This document shows positions 48,504 to 58,144 of a stretch of 64,000 nt of DNA, one piece after another. The notes beneath the pieces were generated by a model that saw only the letters and a program-made list of their open reading frames with translations, ran no database searches and had not been told where the DNA came from. Position 1 is the first letter of the stretch. Every line of letters begins with the position of its first letter. The stretch spans positions 1 through 64,000 of the forward strand of contig CBFGKH010000006.1 of NCBI GenBank assembly GCA_965649295.1. The letters run 5' to 3'. The translations under genes and the position numbers were made by a program. Source of the stretch: a candidate division WOR-3 bacterium (GTDB lineage Bacteria > Hydrothermota > Tepidihabitantia > Tepidihabitantales > Tepidihabitantaceae).

Positions 48504-49763
48504 ATGGCTAAGCGTCGAATCGCTCCACACCGCATCGTCCAGGTCCTCTTCACCGTCGCCATCAACAGCTACATCCTGGCCTATGTCCAGCAGAAGGTGC
48601 TGTATCAAGGCGTGCTCAAGTCAATCCCCCAGCCGGTTCTCAACTGCTACGGCGGCCCGCTCTCGGTCTTTGCCTGTCCGATTGGCTCTACTCAGCAGAT
48701 GATTGGCCAGCACATTGTTCCCTGGCTGCCGCTGGGGATTTTTGTGGTGGTCGGTGCGTTTGTCGGTCGGGCTGCGTGCGGCTGGCTCTGCCCGCTCGGC
48801 CTGTACCAAGACCTGCTCTACAAGCTCCGGGTTGGGCCCCGGGCCAAGGCCAGACGCTGGCTCACGTTTGGCGTGATTGCCACAATCGCTGCTGCTATCA
48901 GCGCGGCGCTGGTCATTTTTGTCCGTCTCCCGGCTCTCAAAGTATTTGGCTATGGCTGGCTGCCCTTCACTCTGGCTGTGCTCCTCGTCGCCATTCGGGG
49001 CAAACTTGCCCTGCCCGCCCGGGTCTGGCTTGGAGGTTGGCTTGCCGCAATCGGACTTGGCCTGCTTGTCTGGTTCAGGTTCGAACCAGGGTTTGGCGTT
49101 GTGACTGCTGCAATCGGCATGGTGGTGCTCGGGCTGGCCGGCCGCTGGTTTGCCGCAGTGGTGGCGGCTGTTGCTGCGTTTGTGCTGACGTCAGTGGGGC
49201 CGGCGTTCGCGATCGGCCCGCTTTCAGGAGTGGCACTCCGGCTGGTGCTAGTCGCGGTCGCGCTAGGTCTGCCGCTGCTGCTTGATGTACTTCTTCGAGT
49301 CTCGCTGCCGTCGAGCCTCCTCAAGTTTGCGTTCCTAGTCCTGATTGCGGGCGTGGTGGCGTATGTCACTGCCGAACCCTGGTTCTGTAAGCTCTGTCCG
49401 CACGGCACGTTCGAGGCCGGCATCCCGCTTGTCCTCTGGGACCCAGTCAATGCCCTGCGCGGGCTGGTCGGCTGGCTCTACTGGGTGAAGATTGGGCTGC
49501 TGCTGGTGCTGGTCGTTGCCGCCATCGCTATCAAACGGCCCTTCTGTCGGATTATCTGCCCGATTGGCGCCATCTATTCGGTCTTCAACAAAGTAAGCCT
49601 GCTCCATTTGAAAAAGACCGAGGGCTGTACCAACTGCGGGCTCTGCCAGCGCATCTGCCCGATGGACATCGAGCCGCAGCGCGCTCCAAATCAGCTCGAG
49701 TGCGTCCGCTGTTTTGAGTGTGCTTGGCGCTGTCCCCGGTCGGGCCTGAAGATCCGGGTCTAG
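48504..49763 (+). CDS. Membrane 4Fe-4S binding protein (NapH/MauN-like)
   Basis: CGWLCP, FCKLCP, FCRIICP motifs, two C-terminal CxxCxxCxxxCP motifs, many TM helices. Confidence 0.88.
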   Translation: MAKRRIAPHRIVQVLFTVAINSYILAYVQQKVLYQGVLKSIPQPVLNCYGGPLSVFACPIGSTQQMIGQHIVPWLPLGIFVVVGAFVGRAACGWLCPLGLYQDLLYKLRVGPRAKARRWLTFGVIATIAAAISAALVIFVRLPALKVFGYGWLPFTLAVLLVAIRGKLALPARVWLGGWLAAIGLGLLVWFRFEPGFGVVTAAIGMVVLGLAGRWFAAVVAAVAAFVLTSVGPAFAIGPLSGVALRLVLVAVALGLPLLLDVLLRVSLPSSLLKFAFLVLIAGVVAYVTAEPWFCKLCPHGTFEAGIPLVLWDPVNALRGLVGWLYWVKIGLLLVLVVAAIAIKRPFCRIICPIGAIYSVFNKVSLLHLKKTEGCTNCGLCQRICPMDIEPQRAPNQLECVRCFECAWRCPRSGLKIRV

Positions 49764-49805
49764 CCCACCATTGCCGGCGGCCTCGCCCTGGCTACAATTG
49801 TGCCC

Positions 49806-50693
49806 TTGAGAAAACCAGCATGGCTTCGTGCCCGTCTTGCTGGCGGGCAGCAGTTCGAGCAAGTGAACGAGCGGCTGAACCGCTACGGTCTGCACACGGT
49901 CTGTTCGCAGGCGCGGTGTCCGAACCTGGCCGAGTGCTGGAATAGCGGCACCGCCACTTTTCTTATTCTCGGTGATACCTGCACCCGCCACTGCCGATTC
50001 TGCTCGGTCCGTACCGGCAACCCGCACGGCAACGTTGACAGAACCGAGCCCGGTCGGCTCGCAGCCGCCGTGGCCGAATTGGGCCTGGGCTATGTTGTGC
50101 TGACATCGGTTGACCGGGACGACCTGCCAGACCTCGGAGCCGAGCTTTTTGCAGAAGCGGTGAGGAGCATCAAGGGAACAAGAACAGTAGGCCGGTCCCT
50201 CGTTCCGCTAGTTGAAGTACTCACGCCCGACTTCGGTGGCAGAGCAGAGCTGCTGCGCCTGGTGGTTGAAGCCGGGCCGGATGTGTTTGGCCACAACCTC
50301 GAAACAGTGGCGCGACTGAGTCCACGCGTCCGCGACCCGCGCGCCTCCTACCAGCAATCCCTTGCCGTGCTGGCAACACTGAAAAGGCTCAACCCGGCAC
50401 TATTGACCAAAAGCAGCCTTCTCGTCGGGCTGGGCGAGACTGACGAGGAAATACTCCAGGCACTGCGCGACCTCCGTTCGGTAGGCTGTGACATCGTCAC
50501 TATCGGCCAGTATCTGCAGCCGGCCCACCACTGCCTGCCGGTCGCGCGCTATCTGCCGCCTGCAGAGTTTACAGCGCTGGCCGAGGCGGCACGGGCACTC
50601 GGGTTCAGACAGGCCTTCTGCGGGCCGCTCGTCCGCAGTTCCTATCACGCTGCCGAAATTGCGAGCTTGGCAGCGCCGACCAGCACCAGTTGA
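49806..50693 (+). CDS. lipA: Lipoyl synthase
   Basis: CSQARCPNLAEC, CTRHCRFC, RSSY; TTG 49806 lies 7 nt after TACAAT (ORF track starts at 49800). Confidence 0.96.
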   Translation: MRKPAWLRARLAGGQQFEQVNERLNRYGLHTVCSQARCPNLAECWNSGTATFLILGDTCTRHCRFCSVRTGNPHGNVDRTEPGRLAAAVAELGLGYVVLTSVDRDDLPDLGAELFAEAVRSIKGTRTVGRSLVPLVEVLTPDFGGRAELLRLVVEAGPDVFGHNLETVARLSPRVRDPRASYQQSLAVLATLKRLNPALLTKSSLLVGLGETDEEILQALRDLRSVGCDIVTIGQYLQPAHHCLPVARYLPPAEFTALAEAARALGFRQAFCGPLVRSSYHAAEIASLAAPTSTS

Positions 50694-52090
50694 TGGAGAG
50701 CAGCACCGCCGACAAAACACCGCCTGACCAAAGCCTGACCCCGGCCGCAGTTCGACGCGGACTGACCGTCTCGATTATCGAAGGCTCGTTTGCCACCCTC
50801 TACGCCACGCTCGCCGGCGGAATGTTTCTCAATGGACTGGCGCTGCTGCTCGGCGCCAACTCGTTCGGCATCGCCCTGCTTTCAGCAATACCGGCGCTGG
50901 TGACCGGCTTCGGATTCTTGGCTGGCTACCTCGTCCGTCAAGTCGGCGAGCGCAAGCGACTGGTCATCTGGACCGCCGGGTTTGGCCGGGCAGTCTTTGT
51001 CGTGCTGGTACCACTGCTCCTGCTGCGAGCAAAGGTACCGCTGGCACTCCTCTTTGCGACACTGGCCATATCAAGCATCCTGATGACGGTTGCCGGCACG
51101 ACCTGGCAGTCATGGATATCCGACCTGGTGCCGGATGAACGTCGGGGCCGGTTCTTTGGCCTACGCAACGCCATTCACGGGTTTCTTGGCGTGGCTACCG
51201 CCTATCTTGCCGGCCGCGGCATGGATGCCCTGAAGCTGCGCGGACTGGAGGCCACCGGCTATGGCCTGGCCTTCGGCCTGGCAGTGCTGTTTGGCCTTAT
51301 CTCAACACTGCTGCTGCGTCAGCCCGAACCGCGGATGGCCCCAAAACCAGCAGTGGGTCTGCGCGAGCTGCTCTTCGGCCCGCTATCTGAACCGCAGTTT
51401 CGGAAGTTTACCATCTTCCTCGCTGCCTGGTTCCTCACCGGCACCCTGGCATCGCCCTTCTACATCGTCCACCTGATGAAGAATCTGCATTTCTCGTTCA
51501 CCGCCATTGGTGTCTATTCGCTGGTGAGCGGCGGCAGTGGCGTGCTCTTTCAGCTCCTCTGGGGCCGGGCCATTGACCGGTTCGGCTCGCGACCGGTGAC
51601 CGTTCTCAAATTCTCGCTTGTCGGCATCATGCCCTTGCTCTGGGTCTTTGCCACGCCCTCGTTCCGGCTGCCAATCTGGATTGACGCGCTGATGAATGGC
51701 CTAGTCTGGTCTGGCGGCAGCCTCGGACTGTGGAACCTCCTGCTCGACCTCGCCGACAACCCCGCCCGCAAAGAGAGCTACTTCGCCATCTACTCGGTTG
51801 TGACCGGGCTTGGCGCATTCCTTGCCTCGCTCTTTGCCGGAGCCATTGCCCAAGCACTCTCCCAGTTCCACCTTACCATTCTCGGACGGACATTCGTCAA
51901 CTATCATGTAATGTTTCTCGCCGCCGGACTCAACCGGTTTCTGGTGCTGCCGCTGCTGCTCCGTGTCCAGGAACGCGACTCGAAACCGGTACGTCACGCG
52001 GTCCGGGCAATCGTCACCACTGCCCTGTGGCGGCTGAACGCCGGCAAGGATATTTTGCTCGATACCCTCGGCATCCGGCGCCAGGACTAG
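50690..52090 (+). CDS. MFS transporter
   Basis: About 12 TM segments, WISDLVP..RRGRFFG, WGRAIDRFG. Confidence 0.88.
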   Translation: MMESSTADKTPPDQSLTPAAVRRGLTVSIIEGSFATLYATLAGGMFLNGLALLLGANSFGIALLSAIPALVTGFGFLAGYLVRQVGERKRLVIWTAGFGRAVFVVLVPLLLLRAKVPLALLFATLAISSILMTVAGTTWQSWISDLVPDERRGRFFGLRNAIHGFLGVATAYLAGRGMDALKLRGLEATGYGLAFGLAVLFGLISTLLLRQPEPRMAPKPAVGLRELLFGPLSEPQFRKFTIFLAAWFLTGTLASPFYIVHLMKNLHFSFTAIGVYSLVSGGSGVLFQLLWGRAIDRFGSRPVTVLKFSLVGIMPLLWVFATPSFRLPIWIDALMNGLVWSGGSLGLWNLLLDLADNPARKESYFAIYSVVTGLGAFLASLFAGAIAQALSQFHLTILGRTFVNYHVMFLAAGLNRFLVLPLLLRVQERDSKPVRHAVRAIVTTALWRLNAGKDILLDTLGIRRQD

Positions 52091-52178
52091 TCCTGCCTTT
52101 GACAGCTATCGCCGGGCGGCGATAATGTTCTCAATCCGCGGGCGTTTCCCAAAACCTCCGCAACAAAAGGAGCGTTCT

Positions 52179-53225
52179 ATGAAGAAGCTGTCCGTAGTAG
52201 CAATGCTCCTCGCAGCAGCGACGCTCGGCCTGGCGTTTGACCGCGTCGTCGTCATCGAGGAAGCATACCAAGAGGACTGAGGCACTTGCGTCGCTGCCAG
52301 TTCGGCAGTTGACCAGATCTGTTTCAACAATCCTGAGCGCGTCGCCGCCGTGCAGTGGCATGTCGACGCTGGTTACCCACAGTATTGCGCCGAGGCGCGC
52401 GCCAAGTGGTACCAGTATCCGCCGCCCTACAACGGCAGCTACGCCACACCCTGGGCCTGGATTGACGGCAAGAGCCGCGGTTACACCTACACCCAGTGGG
52501 CAAGCTACGTTACCTCACGGCTGGCAGTGCCCACCGACATCAGACTTGACCTGTCCGGCGAGTACAACCCAGCCACCCGAACCGGTACCCTTGTCGCGGT
52601 GATGTTCAACAGCGGAATGATGCCGCTCAACGCGGCCCTGCAAGTGGCAATCACCGAGGACAGTATCAACTATACCGGTCCCAACGGCGACCCTTGGCAT
52701 AACCACGTCTGCCGCGACTACGTGCCCGACCAGAACGGTTCACCGGTCTTGATTCCGTCGGGCGGCTATGACACGGTCACCGTCAGCTACACATTGAGCG
52801 CGGGCTGGCGCGAGCGGTTTGTCAAAATCGTCGCCTATGTCCAGAGCACCACTACCCAGCCCGACTCGTCCCGTCCGGTCTATCAGGGAGCCAGCGCGCC
52901 AGTGCTCTCCTTTGTCGGCGTTGCCGAACCGCGCATCCCAGACTCTTTCTACGACAACCTGACCGTGACTGCGGGGCCAAACCCGTGCCCGACCAGTGCC
53001 GAGTTTTGCTTCACCGGCCGGCCAGGCCAGAGCTACCGCCTGACCATCTTCGCTCCCGACGGCAGCCGGGTGCGCGAGTTCACCGGCACAATCACCACCG
53101 GGCAGAACAAGCTCAACTGGGACAGAACCGATACCCACGGTCGCAAGGTCAGCCGCGGCATCTATGGCTACCGGCTGGCTGCAACCGGCTGCGCCGCCAC
53201 TGGCAAACTAGTCATTACCGACTAG
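52179..53225 (+). CDS. Omp28-like secreted protein with FlgD/T9SS-type CTD, putative selenoprotein (U34-G-T-C37)
   Basis: AAGGAG RBS, signal peptide, DRVVVIEEAYQED-TGA(52278-52280)-GTC, TPWAWIDG, HNHVCRD; hairpin GCTGCC-agttc-GGCAGT. Confidence 0.88.
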
Positions 53226-53243
53226 TCTCGACCCTCACTTCTT

Positions 53244-53269
53244 GCGGGGCAGGCTGATGCCTGCCCCGC
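53244..53269 (+). terminator. Hairpin after the first Omp28-like paralogue (copy at 54458-54483)
   Basis: GCGGGGCAGG-N6-CCTGCCCCGC. Confidence 0.7.
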
Positions 53270-53392
53270 TGCCATTGGTCAGGATAAGGATTAGCCAGTG
53301 TTGATTGACTGAGTGCCGGCATAGCCTAGAATAGAACCTGCTACGTTAAGGTGCTGTCCCGCACCAACGGACAAACTGTCAGGAGGCTTGGC

Positions 53393-54439
53393 ATGAAAAG
53401 ACCGTCCGCAATCATCGCGCTGCTCGCTGTCGCGACGCTGGCCGCCGCGTTTGACCGCGTCGTCGTCATCGAGGAAGCATACTGGGAAGGATGACCTACC
53501 TGTCCGGCTTCCAGCCGTGCGCTGGACCAGATAGCAATAGACTATGCCGGCTACGTCGCTGCGATCGAGTGGCACGGCGTATCCGGATATCCGTTATACT
53601 CGCCTGAGGCGCGGAATAAGTGGCGTCAGTACCCACCAACCGCACCACCCAACTCCTACTACACACCTTGGGCCTGGATTGATGGCGTGAGCCGCGGCTC
53701 TGCCTACAATAGTTGGAGCGGTTATGTGAGCCAACGCATCCTCGTCCCGAGCGACATCCGCATGACCACCACCGGCACCTACAACCCCAGTACCCGCCAA
53801 GGCACTATCACCGTCGTCCTGTTCAACAGCGGAATGATGCCGCTCGACGCGGTGCTGCATCTGGCGATTACCGAAGACAGCCTGTACTACGCCGCCCCGA
53901 ACGGCGACCAGTGGCACAATCACGTCCTGCGCGACTACGTGCCGACTGAGACCGGCACCCCGGTTTCGGTTCCGTCCGGCGGCTACGATACGGTAACACT
54001 CAGTTACACAATCGGTGCCGGCTGGGTAGAACGGATGTGTGCGCTCGTCACCTATGTCCAGGGTCCACTACAGCCCGACTCGTCGCGGCCAGTATATCAA
54101 GGTGGCGTGGCACCGCTGCTCTCCTTTGTCGGTGTTGCCGAGCCGCGCATCCCAGACTCTTTCTACGACAACCTGACCGTGACTGCAGGGCCGAACCCGT
54201 GCCCGACCAGTGCCGAGTTCTGCTTCACCGGCCGGCCAGGCCAGAGCTACCGCCTGACCATCTTCGCTCCCGACGGCAGCCGGGTGCGCGAGTTCACCGG
54301 CACAATCACCACCGGGCAGAACAAGCTCAACTGGGACAGAACCGATGCCCACGGTCGCAAGGTCAGCCGCGGCATCTACGGCTACCGGCTGGCTGGAACC
54401 GGCTGCGCCGCCACTGGCAAACTGGTCATTACCGACTAG
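53393..54439 (+). CDS. Second Omp28-like secreted paralogue, putative selenoprotein (U34-P-T-C37)
   Basis: AGGAGG RBS, signal peptide, DRVVVIEEAYWEG-TGA(53492-53494)-PTC; same length (1047 nt) and same TGA codon as its paralogue; hairpin TCCAGC-cgtgc-GCTGGA. Confidence 0.88.
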
Positions 54440-54559
54440 TCTCGACCCTTGCTTCTTGCGGGGCAGGCTCCGTCCTGCCCCGCTTACTGTCCATTGACAG
54501 CTACCGGCCGACTGCTATATTCAGCCGCAGAACCGAACCCAACCAAGGAGACAAGAACA

Positions 54560-55324
54560 ATGAGACGTTTTCTGAGCATAGTTGCTCTGTCAGCGCTAGT
54601 CCTGTTCGGCTGCGGCAAGACAACCGTCGGCAAGGGCCGGATTGTTGACGTGCCGCCAATTCCTGACGGCGAGCTGAACCGCTACCAGATGTTCCTCAAC
54701 GGTGAGCCGAACGGCCAGTTCGAAATGATTGCCCGGCACGATATATTCAAGGAACGACCGGCCTGGCGTCTGGACATCGTGGCTCGCACCGCTGCTGCCG
54801 GCCTACAGACGACTGACTCCTCAGTAGTCTATGTCACCCGCGACAGTCTGGTGCCACTTTCGAGCTTCCGGTTCGTGCGAACCGGCAATGCCCTGATTGC
54901 GACCGCTGCTAACTACGTGGCCGAAGGCGTGGCAGTTACCACTTGGGCGGCCGGCGAGGAGAAACAAAGAATGCTGCCTCGCACCGGCTGGAGCTACGAC
55001 ACCGACCAGCTCACATTCCTGTGCCGAGCTTTGCGTATCTCGGCTGACAGGCCGGTGAGCATTCAGGTCGTAAGTCCAATGGGTCCACCTTCGGGCGGCA
55101 TCGTCTTCGAAGGAAGAATTGGTGCTCTCGCTGACCAGACTATTACCGTTCCCGCCGGGACGTTCGACTGCAACCGGGTAGTGATGAATATCGGCCCGCA
55201 CGTAGTTCAGGTCTGGTACGAAAAGACCGGTGCGCGGCGAATGATCCGCTACGAACAGCCCGGTACCGGCATAACAATTGAGCTAGTCTCGACCGAACGT
55301 TATGTCGAAGAAAGCAATTCCTGA
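54560..55324 (+). CDS. DUF3108-like lipoprotein
   Basis: AAGGAG RBS, lipobox LFGC, ITVPAGTFDC motif. Confidence 0.75.
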   Translation: MRRFLSIVALSALVLFGCGKTTVGKGRIVDVPPIPDGELNRYQMFLNGEPNGQFEMIARHDIFKERPAWRLDIVARTAAAGLQTTDSSVVYVTRDSLVPLSSFRFVRTGNALIATAANYVAEGVAVTTWAAGEEKQRMLPRTGWSYDTDQLTFLCRALRISADRPVSIQVVSPMGPPSGGIVFEGRIGALADQTITVPAGTFDCNRVVMNIGPHVVQVWYEKTGARRMIRYEQPGTGITIELVSTERYVEESNS

Positions 55325-55676
55325 CCAGACATAACCTTCCGATTACTGATGTCGCAGCGGCAGCCAACCTGCCCATCTGTCGCCTCGACACAATCGCCAT
55401 CTAGACGCATACCGACATAAGCCTAGCAAATACGTAACTTGTAATCCGACACGACTACTGCGCCACCATCACAATAGCACTGGCGACCGGCCTCGTTGGC
55501 GCGACAAGACAACGTCGCAGCTCCTATCACTCGTAACAACGTAAGTTAGATAGCAAGACCCGCGACAACCCCAGCCGCGACACCTTGCGCACACCAATCA
55601 TGACTTTCACCGCCATAATTCATATCCTAATTGAAATACAAACACTTAGCTCCCAATTTGCCAGCAACAATCGGCT

Positions 55677-55692
55677 TGGCACGGATAGTGCA
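55677..55692 (+). promoter_or_regulatory. Sigma54-like -24/-12 promoter
   Basis: TGGCACGGATAGTGCA versus consensus TGGCACG-N4-TTGC; AT-rich upstream with IHF-like CAA-N4-TTA. Confidence 0.55.
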
Positions 55693-55702
55693 CAATAAGT
55701 TG

Positions 55703-56073
55703 CGCATGACGGCTAATGGCTACACAGGACATTTCCTCGCCTCACCTCCGGCGAGCAGCGGTTTGCCATTGTCCCCGTCGAGATGGGCCTTAAGCTTCCG
55801 GGTTGGCTCCTGCCTTGGTCTCCAAATCACCGCAGATCCTAACGGTCTACAAAGCCTCAGCACGTCATTATGTAGCCTCCTTGCCAGCCCGGAAGCTGAC
55901 AATTCTGAGGGTCGGAGCAGTTCTCACTCTCTGCCCTGTGCAGTCACCCCTCAACACCGGACCGAAGCCATGTTACACCCCATCGGCCCGTGCCCCCTGA
56001 CCGCACAGACTTACTGAACCTGCACCGACCTGACAGCTGAAGGTGCCGCCGCGAGCGGCACCTTCCCTTTTCT
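55703..56073 (+). ncRNA. Candidate structured ncRNA (about 370 nt)
   Basis: Lies between the sigma54-like promoter and an 11-bp hairpin plus U-tract (56039-56073); several long helices; family not recognised. Confidence 0.4.
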
Positions 56074-56111
56074 CCCAGTACTTGCTGCTGGCCATAACGC
56101 TGTTCTCTAGA

Positions 56112-56264
56112 GAAAAGACGCCCTGACTCACGCCAGGGCGTCACCAAAGGAGGTCGATGGCTCCTGAGTACTTGCCGCCGAAATCGCGGGAACGGCCGGG
56201 CGGGACCCATCTGTCGGCCGGCCCAAGTTGATCGTTGGTCTGACCACTACTGGTCAGTGCCAAC
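56112..56264 (-). ncRNA. Candidate sRNA (about 150 nt)
   Basis: Minus-strand TTGACA(56299-56294)-18-TATGAT(56275-56270), two internal hairpins, terminator GACGCCCTG-N8-CAGGGCGTC-TTTT. Confidence 0.5.
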
Positions 56265-56743
56265 GAGAAATCATATAGAACCGCACTAGGCCGTGTCAAG
56301 CGATTCACACGATGGCATTACTCATTGATAAACCGAATATTAGACAACGCTGACACTTGTCATATGTCTTCGCAATTACTACTGTCCTCGTAGGTCACTG
56401 TTCTTCATCCGGTTAGAGCCATAGCCCCCTGCGAGATCGGACGCAAACGGGCCTTTCTGATTGTAATATACTGACAGACAATATCTTACAGTTTATGGCC
56501 GCTCTTCATCGCTAACTGCGCAGTATGCTAGCCTCATCCGGGCAACGACATTCTGATCGGCCTGTTGTGGCATGGCCGCCTACGACCATCACCAAATCGA
56601 GAATCTCTCCCGCCAATCACCCATGGGTCAGCCGACCGCCTCATAGCAACCCTGCTTGGTTGGGCGCTTCTGAAGAATACCTGTTTCCAGCCGGGCTGCT
56701 GCGGGCTGTTGCCAAGAGTTTATCTGGCTTGTAGAATGGAACC

Positions 56744-57292
56744 GTGAAGGCGGCGCAGTATTCAGTCATAGCCTTCCCGAAGCTCGATAACGAAACGCAG
56801 CTTCAGCGTTTACGCGAGAAGTTCGGCTCATGGTCCTATGACCTGCGGCCCTATCTTACTATTGTCCCACCCTTCACGCCCCTGACATTGGACGAGCTGC
56901 AGCACATCACCGAACACATCAGCGCGGTACGCAAGAAGTTGCATCCTTTTGCAGTCAGCTTCAGCGAATGTGTGGCGGCCAAGGAAGCAATACTCCTCAT
57001 TGTCGCCGAAGGCCGGGAACGGATTACCGAACTGGTGCGAGCAGTTCACGGCAGCGAGGCGCTGACGATTGCCGGTATCCCTGAGCAGGAACCGGCACTT
57101 TGGCTGGGCAGGGTGGGCGACCCGAGACAGCTCGCTACCGCCGTTGCCGAGGTGAATCGCCTGCGCCGAACTATCGGCATCGTTGATTCTCTCTCGTTTG
57201 TTCGCGGTGCGGCCGACGACTCGATGCGGCTGGTACTGACAATGCCGTTTGGTATTGGCCGGGTTGATTATCACGAGCGCTTTCCAGCCTAG
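56744..57292 (+). CDS. 2H phosphoesterase / 2'-5' RNA ligase-like protein, degenerate
   Basis: PYLTIV.PF and PALWLGR at the two HxT positions; leaderless promoter TTGCCA-17-TAGAAT. Confidence 0.6.
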   Translation: MKAAQYSVIAFPKLDNETQLQRLREKFGSWSYDLRPYLTIVPPFTPLTLDELQHITEHISAVRKKLHPFAVSFSECVAAKEAILLIVAEGRERITELVRAVHGSEALTIAGIPEQEPALWLGRVGDPRQLATAVAEVNRLRRTIGIVDSLSFVRGAADDSMRLVLTMPFGIGRVDYHERFPA

Positions 57293-57430
57293 CCAACCAA
57301 TCGTTGTTCGGCCACGTCCTAATTGCCAGCCGAGCGAGCGGGCTTGACCCGATTGCTAGTGACCTTCTATAATCTTTGAGTTGAGTATGGTTTTGACCGC
57401 AGAGCATTGAACCAAAGGAGCTGGCCAACA

Positions 57431-58078
57431 ATGCGTTTCTTCTTTCCATTGGTCCTGCTGGCCGGACTTGCCCTGGGCCAGAGCAAAGAACTACCGGTGA
57501 TGCCCTATGACTCGCTGATGGAGGACCGGGTTTCGATTGACGGCTATGTTGACCGCGAGGAGAATGAATACCCGGCCTCCTTCTACGACAAGGCGAGCGG
57601 CCTGACCGTCAGCTGGGGATTTGACGACTCGCTGGTCTATGTTGCGCTCGAGACCAAGGGCAAAGGCTGGTTTGCCATCGGGTTCGGCTCACCGAAGATG
57701 CACGAGTCGAACATGGTCATCGGCTACTACTCCGACGATTCGTCGGATGTCCGCAACCAATACGGCGTCGGCTACGGCCACTCCGACATCGTGCTACCAG
57801 ACACTTTCGACTTCGAGGCCGAAATTGACCGCGACGAGGAGACCGGCGTGACAGCGCTGGAGTTCTGCTATCCACTGAACTGGCCAGTGAAAGAAGGACT
57901 GGCTGTTGCCGGCTTTGCTCCGGGCGATGTCTTCGACATGATTCTGGCCCAAAATACAAAGTCAATATCCTTCACCGCGCCCCATACCCATAAGTCGGCA
58001 CTAAAGTTCCGCATGGCACCGATTCCGCCCAAGCCTGCTCCCGACAAAGGCACGAACCAGTCACCGGACAAGAAGTAG
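57431..58078 (+). CDS. DOMON domain-containing exported protein
   Basis: Signal peptide, GWFAIGF...KM..SNMVIG, C-terminal His; AAGGAG RBS. Confidence 0.7.
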   Translation: MRFFFPLVLLAGLALGQSKELPVMPYDSLMEDRVSIDGYVDREENEYPASFYDKASGLTVSWGFDDSLVYVALETKGKGWFAIGFGSPKMHESNMVIGYYSDDSSDVRNQYGVGYGHSDIVLPDTFDFEAEIDRDEETGVTALEFCYPLNWPVKEGLAVAGFAPGDVFDMILAQNTKSISFTAPHTHKSALKFRMAPIPPKPAPDKGTNQSPDKK

Positions 58079-58144
58079 CGGCACCGGGCCGGGTTATCGC
58101 CTGGGATTGACTTCGGGAGCCTGACGGCTATTGTCTCACTCGTT

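Noticed and set aside
45606..53494. The TGA-containing genes are ordinary nonsense pseudogenes
   Set aside because: Four independent stops at the same motif position, each with a hairpin and with otherwise intact frames, is unlikely for random decay
52903..54469. Diversity-generating retroelement TR/VR pair
   Set aside because: Differences are not adenine-specific, both copies are coding, and no reverse transcriptase is present
55631..56017. 128-aa ORF in the intergenic gap
   Set aside because: No RBS, atypical composition, and it overlaps promoter-like and paired RNA elements
55700..56270. RNase P, tmRNA, SRP RNA, tRNA-Sec or c-di-AMP riboswitch
   Set aside because: Only fragmentary resemblance (GAGGAAATGTCC, GTCAGCT on the minus strand); diagnostic motifs are missing or in the wrong order
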